Below, in pieces: positions 8,479 to 20,000 of a DNA stretch of 64,000 nucleotides (position 1 is its first letter; the number at the start of each line of letters is the position of its first letter). A model generated the notes under the pieces. The model was not told the origin of the DNA and ran no database searches. It saw only the letters and a program-made list of their open reading frames with translations. The DNA comes from an uncultured Eubacteriales bacterium. GTDB lineage: Bacteria > Bacillota > Clostridia > Oscillospirales > Acutalibacteraceae. Where the stretch lies: positions 9,035 through 73,034 of the forward strand of contig ONSY01000077.1 of the NCBI GenBank assembly GCA_900320605.1. Direction: 5' to 3'. The translations under genes and the position numbers were made by a program.

Positions 8479-9145
8479 AACCAGTGTCATACCGCATGAC
8501 TGGTGTTCCCATCATGACAGATTCCTCTCCTTTGAGTTTTCCTGAGATTATGTCTTTTACGGACTGTTCGACTATATCAATATAATCCGGGGTAAGGGGG
8601 AGATCAGAATGAGATGGCCAAATTTCATCAAATTCAGAAAGATGTTCCTTCAGATGCTCCATCCCATCCAGATATGCATTTAGATCTCTCTGTGGGCCGA
8701 ACATAAAAATATCCCCATGTCGCTGAATCGGATCTCCGCTGAATAGAATACGCTGGACAGGATCAAGTATGGCAATGCTGCCGGGAGTATGACCTGGAAT
8801 ATGATAAATGATTAATTTCCGATCTCCCAAATCTATGACATCGCCGTCATGGACAGGAACGATCTTGCCGTCACAGCCTGCGTTTCTGTAGTTTTCTTCC
8901 TCTGCTGGATGCATATAGCAGAAATCAAACTCTGAGTTGGCGCCGATATGATCTCTGTCGGCATGTGTATTGAGTAATTCAAGAGGGAGATCAGTAAGAG
9001 ACGCAGCGATTCCCCTAACATTCCTGAGACTAAGTCCGGAATCAATCAATAAAGCTTTTTCTTTTCCAGTTAGCAGGAAAAGCCGAAAATTGCCTTCAGC
9101 GATGATCCAGGTGTTATTGTTTTTTCTTTCCACAGTGTATTCCAT
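8453..9145 (-). CDS. MBL-fold metallo-hydrolase
   Basis: LNTHADRDHIG (HxHxDH-type variant) and HIPGHTPGS motifs. Start moved to MEYTVERK (9145), which follows GAGGAGG. Confidence 0.8.
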   Translation of the reverse strand: MEYTVERKNNNTWIIAEGNFRLFLLTGKEKALLIDSGLSLRNVRGIAASLTDLPLELLNTHADRDHIGANSEFDFCYMHPAEEENYRNAGCDGKIVPVHDGDVIDLGDRKLIIYHIPGHTPGSIAILDPVQRILFSGDPIQRHGDIFMFGPQRDLNAYLDGMEHLKEHLSEFDEIWPSHSDLPLTPDYIDIVEQSVKDIISGKLKGEESVMMGTPVMRYDTGFTVFLCDR

Positions 9146-9476
9146 TCTGTACCTCCTCGCATTATTTCTAGCTGCTATGAAAAGTGTATTATACATAATT
9201 ATCATATCATGCTTGACTTTTTCAGACAAGTTGTTTTTTCGAAATCAGACATTTGATAAATGAAAACATTGTCTCGTGATTCTAATTTGCAAGATTTCTG
9301 AATTCATAATTAATAATAAATTCTTCTTTCACTGGATTGACAAAAGAAATCCTTTATGATACGTTTTCAAGCGAAAACAGATGAATATGATTCAGATTAT
9401 ATTTAGGATCATTTGCTGTAGAAACACAGTATACTCATAGCGTCAGGTTTTAGATCTTAATAGGGGGGTGTCATTT

Positions 9477-10259
9477 ATGTGGCTGAATGTATTAGAGGGA
9501 CTTACGATTCCATTCATCGGTACAGTTCTTGGATCTGCGTGTGTCTTTTTTATGAAAAGAGAGCTGGGCCGTACCATTCAGCGGGCTCTGACCGGATTCG
9601 CCGGGGGTGTAATGGTTGCAGCATCAATTTGGAGTTTATTGATTCCTGCGATGGAACTGAGTGAGAATATGGGAAAACTTGCGTTTTTACCTTCTTTCAT
9701 CGGGTTCTGGATCGGAATTCTTTTTCTCTTGCTGCTGGACCGTGTGATCCCTCATCTGCACCTGAATGCGGAAAAGGCTGAAGGACCGAAAAGCAAGGCA
9801 AAAAAGACTACGATGATGTTATTAGCCGTTACGCTTCATAATATCCCGGAAGGGATGGCAGTTGGAGTTGTTTTTGCCGGACTGTTATCTGAATCAGCAG
9901 AGATTACGGCTGGAGGTGCTCTAGCACTTGCACTTGGTATCGCAATTCAGAATTTTCCGGAAGGCGCAATTATATCTATGCCTCTCCGTGCGGAAGGAAA
10001 AACAAAAAATAAAGCATTTATGAATGGAGCACTCTCTGGTGCAGTGGAGCCGGTCGGGGCACTGCTTACAATTCTTTTTGCAGGATTACTGGTTCCTGTG
10101 ATGCCGTATCTTCTTTCCTTTTCGGCTGGCGCAATGATATACGTTGTAGTTGAAGAATTGATACCTGAAATGTCTGAAGGTGAACACTCCAATGTAGGAG
10201 TCGTTATGTTTGCACTCGGATTTACGGTTATGATGGCACTTGATGTGGCACTTGGTTAG
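9477..10259 (+). CDS. ZIP-family divalent metal (zinc) transporter, ZupT-like
   Basis: About 260-aa, 8-TM protein with HNIPEGMAVG and QNFPEG motifs. ATG at 9477 lies 8 nt after AGGGGGG. Confidence 0.85.
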   Translation: MWLNVLEGLTIPFIGTVLGSACVFFMKRELGRTIQRALTGFAGGVMVAASIWSLLIPAMELSENMGKLAFLPSFIGFWIGILFLLLLDRVIPHLHLNAEKAEGPKSKAKKTTMMLLAVTLHNIPEGMAVGVVFAGLLSESAEITAGGALALALGIAIQNFPEGAIISMPLRAEGKTKNKAFMNGALSGAVEPVGALLTILFAGLLVPVMPYLLSFSAGAMIYVVVEELIPEMSEGEHSNVGVVMFALGFTVMMALDVALG

Positions 10260-10357
10260 ACTTCAGAAATTATTATTATTTAGGGTGAAAAAGACTCTGA
10301 AAAAGGGAGTCCGAAAATTCATTTTAATGCAGGAACACAAATATTTTTATATAAGAT

Positions 10358-10398
10358 AAACCGAAATTCACTGCTTTTTGTTGAATCTCGGTTTTTTT
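10358..10398 (+). terminator. Rho-independent terminator after the ZIP gene
   Basis: ACCGAAATTC / GAATCTCGGT stem (one mismatch) followed by T7. Confidence 0.7.
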
Positions 10399-10504
10399 AA
10401 GATGTAGTCTATATTTCTTTTTACATACTTGGAGAATAAGAAATAATATGGTATTATGGAATAACATTGTGGTACTTCGATGAAAAGGTTGGAGGTGAGT
10501 ATTT

Positions 10505-11662
10505 TTGATTATCGGTGAATTCTGTGATATTTATCCGCCTCATCTTGATGGAGTCGGAATGGTGGTACGTTCATATTGTCAAGAGCTCTCTAAAACGCAG
10601 GAGGCCTGCTATTATATTGCGCCTAGAAACGCTTCAAAGCGTTTTCCCGATTCGGCGGACAGTTTCCCCGTGCTCAAATACGCAAGTGTGCCGATTCCGG
10701 GTGAGACATATCGACTGGGAGTACCGGTATTTGATCTGACCTATCACAAAGATCTTCGAAAGATTCCATTTGATCTTGTACACGCACATACACCTTTTTC
10801 CGCCGGGGCAGAAGCAGCGCATCAAGCCGCTGTAAGGAAGATTCCGCTTGTGGGTACATTCCATTCAAAATATTACGATGATTTCTATAAACGAACCCAT
10901 AGCGTTGTGATCTCGAAAACAGCAGTGAATTTTGTTGTTTCCTTTTACGAAAAATGTGATGAGGTCTGGGCGGTCAGCAACGCATCAGCTGATGTCCTGC
11001 GTTCCTACGGTTTCAAGGGTGAAATTATCGTTATGCCTAACGGTACTGATCTGTGGTATCCTACTGCGCAGGATGCTCTGGCGGCGCAGGAGCGTTTTGC
11101 CCTTGGAGATGGAAATGTCTTTCTATTTGTAGGTCAGCAGAATTTAAAAAAGAATACACGCTCGATCATTGAAGCAGCTTCGCTGTATATGAAGAGGAAT
11201 GAAAACTTTAAACTGGTCTTCGCGGGTCAGGGTCCGGATGAAGATAAAATGAAAGAACTTGCAGCAGAATACGGAATTAAAGAAAAGACGGTATTTACCG
11301 GACATATTTCCGACCGCCAGGTGCTGATGAGTCTCTACGCGCGTGCGGATATTTTCGTATTTCCATCAATCTATGACAACGCGCCAATGGTTGTACGTGA
11401 AGCAGCTGCCGCTGGAACGCCAAGTCTCCTGATTTCCGGTTCCTGCGCAGCGGAGGGAATAGAGGATGGAGTTAACGGATTCCTTTGCGAAAATACGCCG
11501 CAATCAATCGCCGAAACTATGGAAAAGGCTATGCCAGCGGCGAAAGCAGTTGGGGAAAAAGCCCGAGAAACAATCCCGATTCCGTGGAGCCGCATTACCG
11601 CCGAGGTGGAATCACGATACCGGAGACTGATAGAGAAAAAACATATGGAAAGCTGCAAATAA
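10505..11662 (+). CDS. GT4-family (GT-B fold) glycosyltransferase
   Basis: TTG start 7 nt after GGAGGTGA. N-terminal DGVGMVV and C-terminal FVFPSIYDNAPMVVREAAAAGTP (EX7E-type region). Confidence 0.8.
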   Translation: MIIGEFCDIYPPHLDGVGMVVRSYCQELSKTQEACYYIAPRNASKRFPDSADSFPVLKYASVPIPGETYRLGVPVFDLTYHKDLRKIPFDLVHAHTPFSAGAEAAHQAAVRKIPLVGTFHSKYYDDFYKRTHSVVISKTAVNFVVSFYEKCDEVWAVSNASADVLRSYGFKGEIIVMPNGTDLWYPTAQDALAAQERFALGDGNVFLFVGQQNLKKNTRSIIEAASLYMKRNENFKLVFAGQGPDEDKMKELAAEYGIKEKTVFTGHISDRQVLMSLYARADIFVFPSIYDNAPMVVREAAAAGTPSLLISGSCAAEGIEDGVNGFLCENTPQSIAETMEKAMPAAKAVGEKARETIPIPWSRITAEVESRYRRLIEKKHMESCK

Positions 11663-11668
11663 ATGAAT

Positions 11669-11709
11669 GAAGCAAACGAACGTATGAGAACTGTACGTTC
11701 GTATGCTTC
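11669..11709. terminator. Hairpin between convergent genes (GT4 and the K+ channel)
   Basis: GAAGCAAACGAACGTA / TACGTTCGTATGCTTC: 16 bp with one mismatch and a 9-nt loop. The U-tracts are weak. Confidence 0.5.
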
Positions 11710-11725
11710 AGAAGGAAGAACAGAT

Positions 11726-12505
11726 TTATATTTTCTCAGATTTCTGTGCTTCAGATTCATCACTGGTGTCATCAGGAATTCTTTTATTGATTTCATTCAT
11801 GTATCCAGCGGTAATAATACCGGCAGGGAGAGCCACGATTGCAATTCCGAACACAGATGAAACCATGGTGATGATTCTTCCCATGGTTGAGACGGGGTAA
11901 ATATCTCCGTATCCGACAGTTGTCAGAGAAACAGTCGCCCAGTATACTGCATCAAAGAAGTTTTCAAAAGAATCCGGTTCTACGTTGAAGACTACAAGCG
12001 CCGAAATAAGAATATAGCCTCCAGCCAACGTACATACTGCGAGCAGTGACCTTTTCGATGAGCGAAGAACGTTCCCGATGATTTCAAATGTTCTGGAATA
12101 GCGAAGCGCTTTGAAAACCCGGAATACCCGCAGCGCACGGATCATTCTCAATACACGCAGCACCTTGAAGCCACCATTGATGAAGCTCAGGGATGGGAGA
12201 ATCGATATGAGGTCGATAATTGCCATCGGAGAAAAAGGATATCGTATAAAGGATAATACGGAATGCTTCCGGAACTTGTAATCCGCGGTCAGCCAGCGCA
12301 GCAGATAGTCTATGATAAAGATGAATACAGAGCCTTTATCCAGAATTGTAAAAAGAAGGGCATCGCCCTTGAAGGCGAGCGGAATCAGACTGCAGATAAT
12401 CACAAAGATCATAAAAAAATCATAGCCTGAACTGAGTTTGTCATTTCCGTCTGATTTTTCAATCATTTCAAACACTCTGAATCTGCTCATATTCTGTCCT
12501 CCCAA
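11726..12505 (-). CDS. Voltage-gated-type K+ channel (S1-S6, ion transport family)
   Basis: S4-like ladder RVLRMIRALRVFRVFKALR and K+ selectivity filter TTVGYGD. Confidence 0.85.
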   Translation of the reverse strand: MGGQNMSRFRVFEMIEKSDGNDKLSSGYDFFMIFVIICSLIPLAFKGDALLFTILDKGSVFIFIIDYLLRWLTADYKFRKHSVLSFIRYPFSPMAIIDLISILPSLSFINGGFKVLRVLRMIRALRVFRVFKALRYSRTFEIIGNVLRSSKRSLLAVCTLAGGYILISALVVFNVEPDSFENFFDAVYWATVSLTTVGYGDIYPVSTMGRIITMVSSVFGIAIVALPAGIITAGYMNEINKRIPDDTSDESEAQKSEKI

Positions 12506-12535
12506 ATCATGTATATCTTTAAGAGTTCAATAAGA

Positions 12536-12565
12536 CAAAAAGCCATTCACTGAACTGAATGGCTT
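12536..12565 (-). terminator. Terminator after the zinc-ribbon gene
   Basis: AGCCATTCA / TGAATGGCT 9-bp stem; on the minus strand it is followed by TTTTTG. Confidence 0.7.
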
Positions 12566-12583
12566 TATTTATATTGTTTTCAT

Positions 12584-13021
12584 TTAAAACGGCATTGTGA
12601 ATTCATAACCGAAATAATTGGTGACATGATTGATAAATGGTGTTATATACTCTTCGAATAGACCGAAATACCAAAGCGCGAAAACAGCACCGGCAAGAAT
12701 CAGAATACATAAAAGCCAGCAGAGCAGAATTGCACGCGCAAGATTTGTTTTACCGCGTCTGTATGAACCTCCGAGAGCCCACACAATTGTGAAAATGAAA
12801 CCTATTACTGGCAGATGCATCAGCAGGATGCATCCGAATGAGCGCCATGCGCCAAGAGGAGCATAACGGCTTTTTTTCGGGGGAGGGACATCATAGTCCG
12901 GAGAAGCATAGGCCGGGGTGTGGGAGAGGTCTTTATATTCTTTTTCTACCGGAGTTTTGCACTCAGGGCACACCGCGGCGTTGTCCGGAATTTCGGCACC
13001 GCATTTTGCGCATTTCGGCAT
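12584..13021 (-). CDS. Zinc-ribbon domain membrane protein
   Basis: N-terminal CAKCG...CPEC zinc ribbon, a Pro-rich linker, then two TM helices. Confidence 0.7.
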   Translation of the reverse strand: MPKCAKCGAEIPDNAAVCPECKTPVEKEYKDLSHTPAYASPDYDVPPPKKSRYAPLGAWRSFGCILLMHLPVIGFIFTIVWALGGSYRRGKTNLARAILLCWLLCILILAGAVFALWYFGLFEEYITPFINHVTNYFGYEFTMPF

Positions 13022-13125
13022 CTTTCAATCTACCTCCATGATATATTTGAACAGCGAAACGTCTCTTTCTGTCAACCGTCCGGCGCATAAAATAATGAAC
13101 CGAGGAATCATTGCAAATAAAAAGC

Positions 13126-13154
13126 TTGACAAAATGAGAAAAAGGGAATATAAT
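13126..13154 (+). promoter_or_regulatory. Consensus sigma-A promoter upstream of rpoB
   Basis: TTGACA, 17-nt spacer, TATAAT; about 200-nt leader before rpoB. Confidence 0.7.
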
Positions 13155-13361
13155 GATAAACTGCCCGTAGTATCGGGGATACTATGCCCTTTTATAGGAT
13201 TCAGTTTATCACAATTCGACAAAAATTTCAAGCTTTCTATAAAAAATGAGATAAAAGCATGGAATCAGAACCGAGTGACATGAAGAGCTGAACGGCACAT
13301 TGGCAGACGAAAAGGACCGCTTTCGTGAGCGGTAAAAGTATGAATTGGAGTGATTGAGCAG

Positions 13362-16300
13362 ATGGTAAATGTCAGACCCGTTTCTCTTGGAAAAACCACC
13401 CGTATGAGCTTTTCGCGGATTGATGAAGTCATCAATATGCCGAATCTGATTGAGGTTCAGAAGAGTTCGTATCAGTGGTTCCTTGATGAAGGGCTCAAAG
13501 AAGTATTCAAGGATGTATCGGGAATTACCGATTATACCGGCAATCTCGTTCTCGATTTTACGGATTATAAGCTCGACACTACGCCTAACTACAGTGTGGC
13601 GGAATGCAAGGAACGCGACGCCACCTATTCAGCGGCGCTGCGCGTACAGGCGCGTCTTTTCAACCGCGAAACCGGAGAAATTAAGGAGTCCGAGGTTTTC
13701 ATGGGAGATTTCCCATTGATGACCCAGAGCGGTACCTTTGTTATAAACGGAGCTGAGCGTGTCATCGTATCCCAGCTCGTCCGTTCTCCCGGTGTTTATT
13801 ATAAAATGGATTATGACCGTTCGGGCAAAGAGCTTTTCTCTTCGACGGTTATTCCGAACCGCGGTGCGTGGCTGGAATACGAGAATGACGCTAATGATGT
13901 TTTCTATGTCCGAATTGATAAGAATCGCAAGATTCCGGTTACTGTTCTGATCCGCGCTCTCGGACTCGGGACGGACAGTGAGATTTATGATTTCTTCGGC
14001 GACGATGACCGTATTCGTGCGACAATCGAAAAGGATCCCTGCAAGACTTCCGATGAAGGCCTTCTCGAGGTTTATCGCAAGCTGCGTCCTTCTGAACCGC
14101 CGACAATCGAAAGTTCGCTGTCACATCTGAACGGCCTTTTCTTCGATGAGCGTCGCTACGATCTTTCACGCGTAGGCAGATTTAAATATAACAAGAAACT
14201 CAACCTTGCCGGAAGAATTGTCGGGGAAACTCTTGCACAGCCGGTTGCGGATCCCAGAACAGGAGAACTCCTGGCTGAAGCGGGTGACGTTATTACCCGT
14301 GATAAGGCTCGTGAACTGGACGATGCAGGTGTCAGCGTGGTTGTGCTTATGCTCGGCGAAAAGGAAGTTCGTGTCATTTCCAACGGCATGGTCGATATCT
14401 CAAAATATGTTTCTTTCGACGCGAAGGAAGAATGCGGAGTTAAAGAGCGTGTTTCCTTCAAGGTCCTTTCTGAAATCCTTGACAAGGCTGGAGACGACGA
14501 GGAAGAACTCAAGGAGCTGATCCGTGAACGTCTTGCCGAACTTCAGCCGAACCATATCACAGTTGAGGATATTTTCGCCTCTATCAACTACATGAACTGC
14601 CTCGCGCAGGGACTCGGTACGACCGATGATATTGACCATCTCGGTAACCGCCGAATCCGTTGTGTCGGAGAACTACTGCAGAATCAGTTCCGAATCGGTT
14701 TCTCTCGTCTCGAGCGAGTGATCCGTGAGCGTATGACCCTTCAGGCACAGGATCTCGACAATCTGACACCGCATTCCCTGATCAATATCCGTCCGGTTGT
14801 CGCTGCTATCAAGGAGTTCTTCGGATCTTCACCGTTGTCTCAGTTTATGGATCAGACCAACCCTCTGGCAGAACTGACTCATAAACGCCGTCTCTCCGCA
14901 CTTGGTCCGGGAGGTCTGTCGAGAGACAGAGCAGGATTCGAGGTGCGTGACGTTCATTACAGTCATTATGGCCGCATGTGCCCGATTGAGACTCCGGAAG
15001 GTCCAAACATCGGTCTGATTTCCTATCTTGCGACTTTTGCGAAAATCAATGAATACGGTTTTATCGAGGCTCCGTTCCGTAAAGTGGATCACGAAACCGG
15101 AATTGTTACCGATGAAGTCACGTATATGACCGCTGATATGGAAGACGAATTTATCGTTGCCCAGGCGAACGAACCGCTTGATGAAAACCATCGTTTCGCG
15201 AATGCCAAGATCAAAGCGCGCTGCCGCGATGAATTCCTGGAAACGGAAGCTGAACGCGCCGATTATATGGACGTTTCACCGCGTATGGTCTTCTCCGTTG
15301 CGACGGCGATGATTCCATTCCTTGAGAATGACGATGCAAACCGTGCTCTGATGGGTTCTAACATGCAGCGTCAGGCAGTTCCGCTTCTGCGTACCGAGGC
15401 TCCGATTGTAGGAACCGGTATGGAGTATAAAGCCGGTGTCGATTCCGGCGTTTGCGTTCTCGCAAAGCGCGGCGGTATTGTCAAGAGCGTTTCCGCGGAT
15501 CGCGTGGAGGTGATTGCGGAAGACGGCGAAATCGATGTTTACGAGATTACAAAGTTCATGCGTTCGAACCAGAGCACATGCATCAATCAGATCCCGATCG
15601 TGGAGCGCGGTCAGGTTCTTCATGAAGGCGATGTCATTGCAGACGGTCCCGCGATTAAGAACGGTGAGATTTCCCTTGGTAAGAATGCCCTGATCGGCTT
15701 CATGACATGGGAAGGATACAACTACGAGGACGCTGTCCTGATCAATGAAAAAATCGTTCGCGACGATGTCTATACGTCCGTTCATATGGAAGAATACGAG
15801 ATCGACGCGCGTGATACAAAACTTGGACCGGAAGAGATTACCCGCGATATTCCAAACGTTAATGAGGATCTGCTGCGTGATCTCGATGAAAACGGTATTA
15901 TTCGTGTCGGTGCTGATGTTCGTGCCGGCGATATACTCGTCGGAAAAGTCACTCCGAAGGGTGAAACCGAACTGACTGCGGAGGAGCGTCTGCTGCGCGC
16001 AATCTTCGGTGAAAAGGCAAGAGAAGTACGTGACACCTCGCTGCGTGTGCCGCACGGTGAATACGGTACAGTTGTTGATGTTAAGGTGTTTACCCGTGAA
16101 AACAGCCACGACGAACTTTCGCCCGGAGTCAATAAAGTCGTCCGGTGCTATATCGCACAGAAGAGAAAGATTTCTGTGGGCGACAAGATGGCTGGACGTC
16201 ACGGCAACAAGGGCGTTGTTTCGCGTATCCTTCCGGTAGAGGAGATGCCTTTCCTACCGGATGGTACTCCGCTTGATATCGTTCTGAATCCTCTGGGCGT

Positions 16301-17081
16301 TCCGTCCCGTATGAATATCGGTCAGGTTCTGGAGGTTCACCTCGGCATGGCCGCGAAGACTCTCGGCTGGAAAATCATGACTCCGGTTTTCGATGGTGCG
16401 CACGAGGCCGATATCCGTGAGTGCTTCAGAATGGCGAATATGCCGGAGGATGGCAAGTTCTGGCTGCGTGACGGCAGAACCGGTGAGTATTTTGACAATC
16501 CGGTTACTGTTGGTTATATGTATTACCTTAAACTCCATCATCTCGTTGATGATAAGATCCATGCCCGTTCCACCGGTCCTTATTCTCTTGTTACTCAGCA
16601 GCCGTTGGGCGGAAAAGCTCAGTTCGGCGGTCAGCGTTTCGGTGAGATGGAAGTCTGGGCCCTCGAAGCATACGGTGCTGCGTATACGCTTCAGGAAATT
16701 TTGACGGTTAAATCTGACGATGTTGTCGGCAGAGTCAAGACATATGAAGCAATCGTCAAGGGTCAGAATATTCCGAAGGCCGGAATTCCGGAATCTTTCA
16801 AGGTTCTTATCAAGGAACTCCAGTCTCTCGGTCTGGATGTTAAGGTTCTGGATCAGAATCAGGAGGAAATTGATCTTCAGCAGACGTTTGAGGATGATGA
16901 TCTTGGTTATACGCCTTCCGGAGAATTCTTTGAGGAGGGCGGCGTTGCTGATAATCTTGAAGGTTACAGTGTCGAAAATGACGAGCTCTTCGGCGATGAT
17001 GAAGATGAAGACGATGATGAGGATGCCGACGATGGCTTCTTCGATGATTACGATGACAACGACGACAACGACGAATTTTAA
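13362..17081 (+). CDS. rpoB: DNA-directed RNA polymerase subunit beta
   Basis: [34 protein letters not shown] and GRHGNKGV motifs. ATG at 13362 preferred (GGAG 11 nt upstream); the ORF also opens at GTG 13350. Acidic C-terminal tail. Confidence 0.97.
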   Translation: MVNVRPVSLGKTTRMSFSRIDEVINMPNLIEVQKSSYQWFLDEGLKEVFKDVSGITDYTGNLVLDFTDYKLDTTPNYSVAECKERDATYSAALRVQARLFNRETGEIKESEVFMGDFPLMTQSGTFVINGAERVIVSQLVRSPGVYYKMDYDRSGKELFSSTVIPNRGAWLEYENDANDVFYVRIDKNRKIPVTVLIRALGLGTDSEIYDFFGDDDRIRATIEKDPCKTSDEGLLEVYRKLRPSEPPTIESSLSHLNGLFFDERRYDLSRVGRFKYNKKLNLAGRIVGETLAQPVADPRTGELLAEAGDVITRDKARELDDAGVSVVVLMLGEKEVRVISNGMVDISKYVSFDAKEECGVKERVSFKVLSEILDKAGDDEEELKELIRERLAELQPNHITVEDIFASINYMNCLAQGLGTTDDIDHLGNRRIRCVGELLQNQFRIGFSRLERVIRERMTLQAQDLDNLTPHSLINIRPVVAAIKEFFGSSPLSQFMDQTNPLAELTHKRRLSALGPGGLSRDRAGFEVRDVHYSHYGRMCPIETPEGPNIGLISYLATFAKINEYGFIEAPFRKVDHETGIVTDEVTYMTADMEDEFIVAQANEPLDENHRFANAKIKARCRDEFLETEAERADYMDVSPRMVFSVATAMIPFLENDDANRALMGSNMQRQAVPLLRTEAPIVGTGMEYKAGVDSGVCVLAKRGGIVKSVSADRVEVIAEDGEIDVYEITKFMRSNQSTCINQIPIVERGQVLHEGDVIADGPAIKNGEISLGKNALIGFMTWEGYNYEDAVLINEKIVRDDVYTSVHMEEYEIDARDTKLGPEEITRDIPNVNEDLLRDLDENGIIRVGADVRAGDILVGKVTPKGETELTAEERLLRAIFGEKAREVRDTSLRVPHGEYGTVVDVKVFTRENSHDELSPGVNKVVRCYIAQKRKISVGDKMAGRHGNKGVVSRILPVEEMPFLPDGTPLDIVLNPLGVPSRMNIGQVLEVHLGMAAKTLGWKIMTPVFDGAHEADIRECFRMANMPEDGKFWLRDGRTGEYFDNPVTVGYMYYLKLHHLVDDKIHARSTGPYSLVTQQPLGGKAQFGGQRFGEMEVWALEAYGAAYTLQEILTVKSDDVVGRVKTYEAIVKGQNIPKAGIPESFKVLIKELQSLGLDVKVLDQNQEEIDLQQTFEDDDLGYTPSGEFFEEGGVADNLEGYSVENDELFGDDEDEDDDEDADDGFFDDYDDNDDNDEF

Positions 17082-17098
17082 TTAAGGAGGCGGGTTTC

Positions 17099-20000
17099 AT
17101 GGAATTTTCTGAGTTTTCTTCCATTAAAATCGGACTTGCCTCACCGGATATGATCCGCGCGTGGTCTCACGGTGAAGTGAAAAAACCCGAAACCATCAAT
17201 TACCGGACGCTTAAGCCGGAACGCGACGGCCTGTTCTGTGAACGTATTTTCGGACCGCAGAAAGACTGGGAGTGCCATTGCGGTAAATATAAACGGATTC
17301 GCTACAAAGGCAAAATCTGTGAACGCTGTGGTGTTGAAGTTACCCGTGCAAAGGTTCGCCGTGAACGCATGGGCCATATCGAGCTTGCTGCGCCGGTTTC
17401 TCATATCTGGTATTTCAAAGGCATTCCTTCGAGAATGGGCCTTCTGCTTGACATCTCGCCGAGAATGCTGGAAAAAGTCCTGTATTTTGCTCTGTATATT
17501 GTTACCGATCCCGGTCCGGTCCGTGAGATTCAGAAGTATCAGATGCTTACGGAAAAGGAATACCGTGATCTCAGAGAAAAATATGAAGACGATTTCGAGG
17601 CAGGAATGGGTGCTGAAGCGATTCAGAAGCTGCTTGCTGAAATTGATCTTGATGAAAAATCTGAAGAGCTCCAGGATGAGCTTGCTGGCGCTACCGGTCA
17701 GAAGCGCGTTCGTATACTGAAACGTCTTGAAGTGGTAGAGGCATTCCGTCAGAGCGGTAACCGTCCTGAATGGATGATCTTTAATGTTATTCCGGTTATT
17801 CCTCCGGATATCCGCCCGATGGTGCAGCTCGACGGCGGACGTTTTGCGACGAGTGATCTCAATGATCTTTACCGCCGTGTTATCAACAGAAACAACCGTT
17901 TGAGAAGACTTCTTGAACTTGGCGCTCCTGATATCATTGTCCGCAATGAAAAACGCATGCTTCAGGAAGCAGTCGATGCGCTCATTGACAACGGACGCCG
18001 TGGACGCCCGGTAACCGGCCCGAACAACCGGCCTCTCAAATCGCTTTCTGAAATGCTCAAGGGCAAGCAGGGGCGTTTCCGCCAGAATCTGCTCGGTAAA
18101 CGTGTTGACTATTCCGGCCGAAGCGTTATCGTTGTTGGCCCGGAACTGAAAATGTATCAGTGCGGCCTGCCGAAAGAGATGGCCCTCGAACTTTTCAAGC
18201 CGTTCGTAATGAAGCGTCTTGTGGAAACAGGTGCTGCCGGAAATATCAAGGCTGCTAGAAAAGCTGTTGAAAGAGCGCGCCCTGAAGTTTGGGATGCTCT
18301 TGAAATTGTTATTAAAAATCATCCGGTTCTTCTCAACCGTGCGCCGACGCTTCACAGACTCGGTATTCAGGCTTTTGAGCCTGTCCTGGTTGAGGGCAGA
18401 GCATTAAAGCTTCATCCGCTTGCATGTACCGCTTACAACGCAGACTTCGACGGCGACCAGATGGCAGTTCATCTTCCGCTTTCCGCGGAAGCGCAGGCTG
18501 AGGCGAGATTCCTGATGCTTGCAGCCGGTAACCTTCTGAAGCCTTCTGACGGTCGTCCTGTCACGGTTCCGACGCAGGATATGGTCCTCGGATCCTACTA
18601 CCTGACACTCGACCGTGATGGCGAGAAAGGCGAGGGAAAGGTTTTCAAGGACATCGATGAAGCGCTTATGGCGTTTGACAACAAGCTCCTCGGCATTCAT
18701 GCACGCATTCGGGTTCGCAGAAGCGCTGTTGTGAATGGGGAGAAAGTCACCGGACTTGTTGAAACCACTCCCGGACGCATTATCTTTAACCGCCCGATTC
18801 CTCAGGATCTCGGATTTGTCGATCGCAGCGATCCTGAAAAGGCTCTCGGTTTTGAGATCGATTTCCTCGTAGGAAAGAGTCAGCTCGGAAAGATTATTGA
18901 CAAATGCATTAAGATTCACGGTACGGAAATTACTTCTGAAGTGCTGGATGAAATCAAGGCACAGGGCTATAAGTATTCAACGCTTTCTGCGATTACCGTC
19001 GCTGTAAGCGATGCGACTATCCCGCCTGAGAAACAGACGATCATCGCAAACGCTGAGGAACACATTGATGAAATCACCGATGAATTCCGCAACGGCCTTC
19101 TTTCTGAAGATGAGCGCAAGACCGCGGTCCTCAGAATCTGGGAAAAGGCTACAAATGACGTGACGAGTGCGCTTCAGGCCGGCCTTGACCGTTACAATCC
19201 GATTTATATGATGGCTGACTCAGGAGCCCGTGGCTCGATGAGCCAGATCCGTCAGCTCGCAGGTATGCGCGGACTGATTGCAAATACCTCCGGTAAAGTT
19301 ATCGAGATTCCGATTCGCGCAAACTATCGTGAAGGCCTTAACGTTCTGGAATACTTCATTTCTTCGCGCGGTGCCCGAAAAGGTCTGGCTGATACGGCGC
19401 TTCGTACGGCGGACTCCGGATATCTGACCCGCCGTCTCGTCGACGTATCTCAGGACGTTATTGTCCGCGAAGATGACTGCGGAACGAACGACGGCCTTGA
19501 AATCTACGATATCATGGAAGGAAACAGCATGATTGAACCGCTCTCCGAGCGTTTGATCGGCCGTTATCTGATTGAGGATTATAAGGATGAAAACGGCAAT
19601 GTCCTTGTCTCCAAGGATAAAATGATGGATGACAATGATGCGGAGATCATTACTTCCCGCGGGACAAAGTCTATTTCGATCCGTTCCGTCCTCAACTGCC
19701 GCGCGCATCACGGTGTCTGCAAAAAATGCTATGGAGCCAACCTGGCGAATGGTCTGCCGGTAACAGTCGGCGAAGCAGTAGGTATCATCGCAGCGCAGTC
19801 TATCGGTGAGCCCGGTACACAGCTGACGATGCGTACTTTCCATACCGGCGGTGTTGCTTCCGCTGAGGATATTACACAGGGCCTTCCGCGTGTTGAAGAG
19901 CTTTTTGAATCGAGAAAACCGAAACATCTCGCTATCATCAGTGAAATTGCCGGCGAGGTTTCCTTTGAAGAGATCAAGAAGAATACGCATGTTGTCGTAA

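Noticed and set aside
9146-9476. Searched the divergent MBL/ZupT intergenic region for a Zur box or a riboswitch
   Set aside because: I found no palindrome resembling AAATCGTAAT-N-ATTACGATTT and no recognisable riboswitch core. Only a plausible promoter (TTGACA at about 9339) was seen.
12918-13283. 121-aa plus-strand ORF spanning the zinc-ribbon gene start and the rpoB promoter
   Set aside because: It overlaps the zinc-ribbon CDS antisense and runs through the consensus rpoB promoter. It has no SD.
7657-13349. Looked for a direct repeat of the tRNA(CAU) 3' end, or an integrase, that would delimit a genomic island
   Set aside because: None was found by eye, so the block is described only as compositionally atypical accessory DNA, not as a defined mobile element.
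15276-16202. 308-aa antisense ORF inside rpoB
   Set aside because: Same reasoning: a shadow ORF of a conserved gene with no start context.
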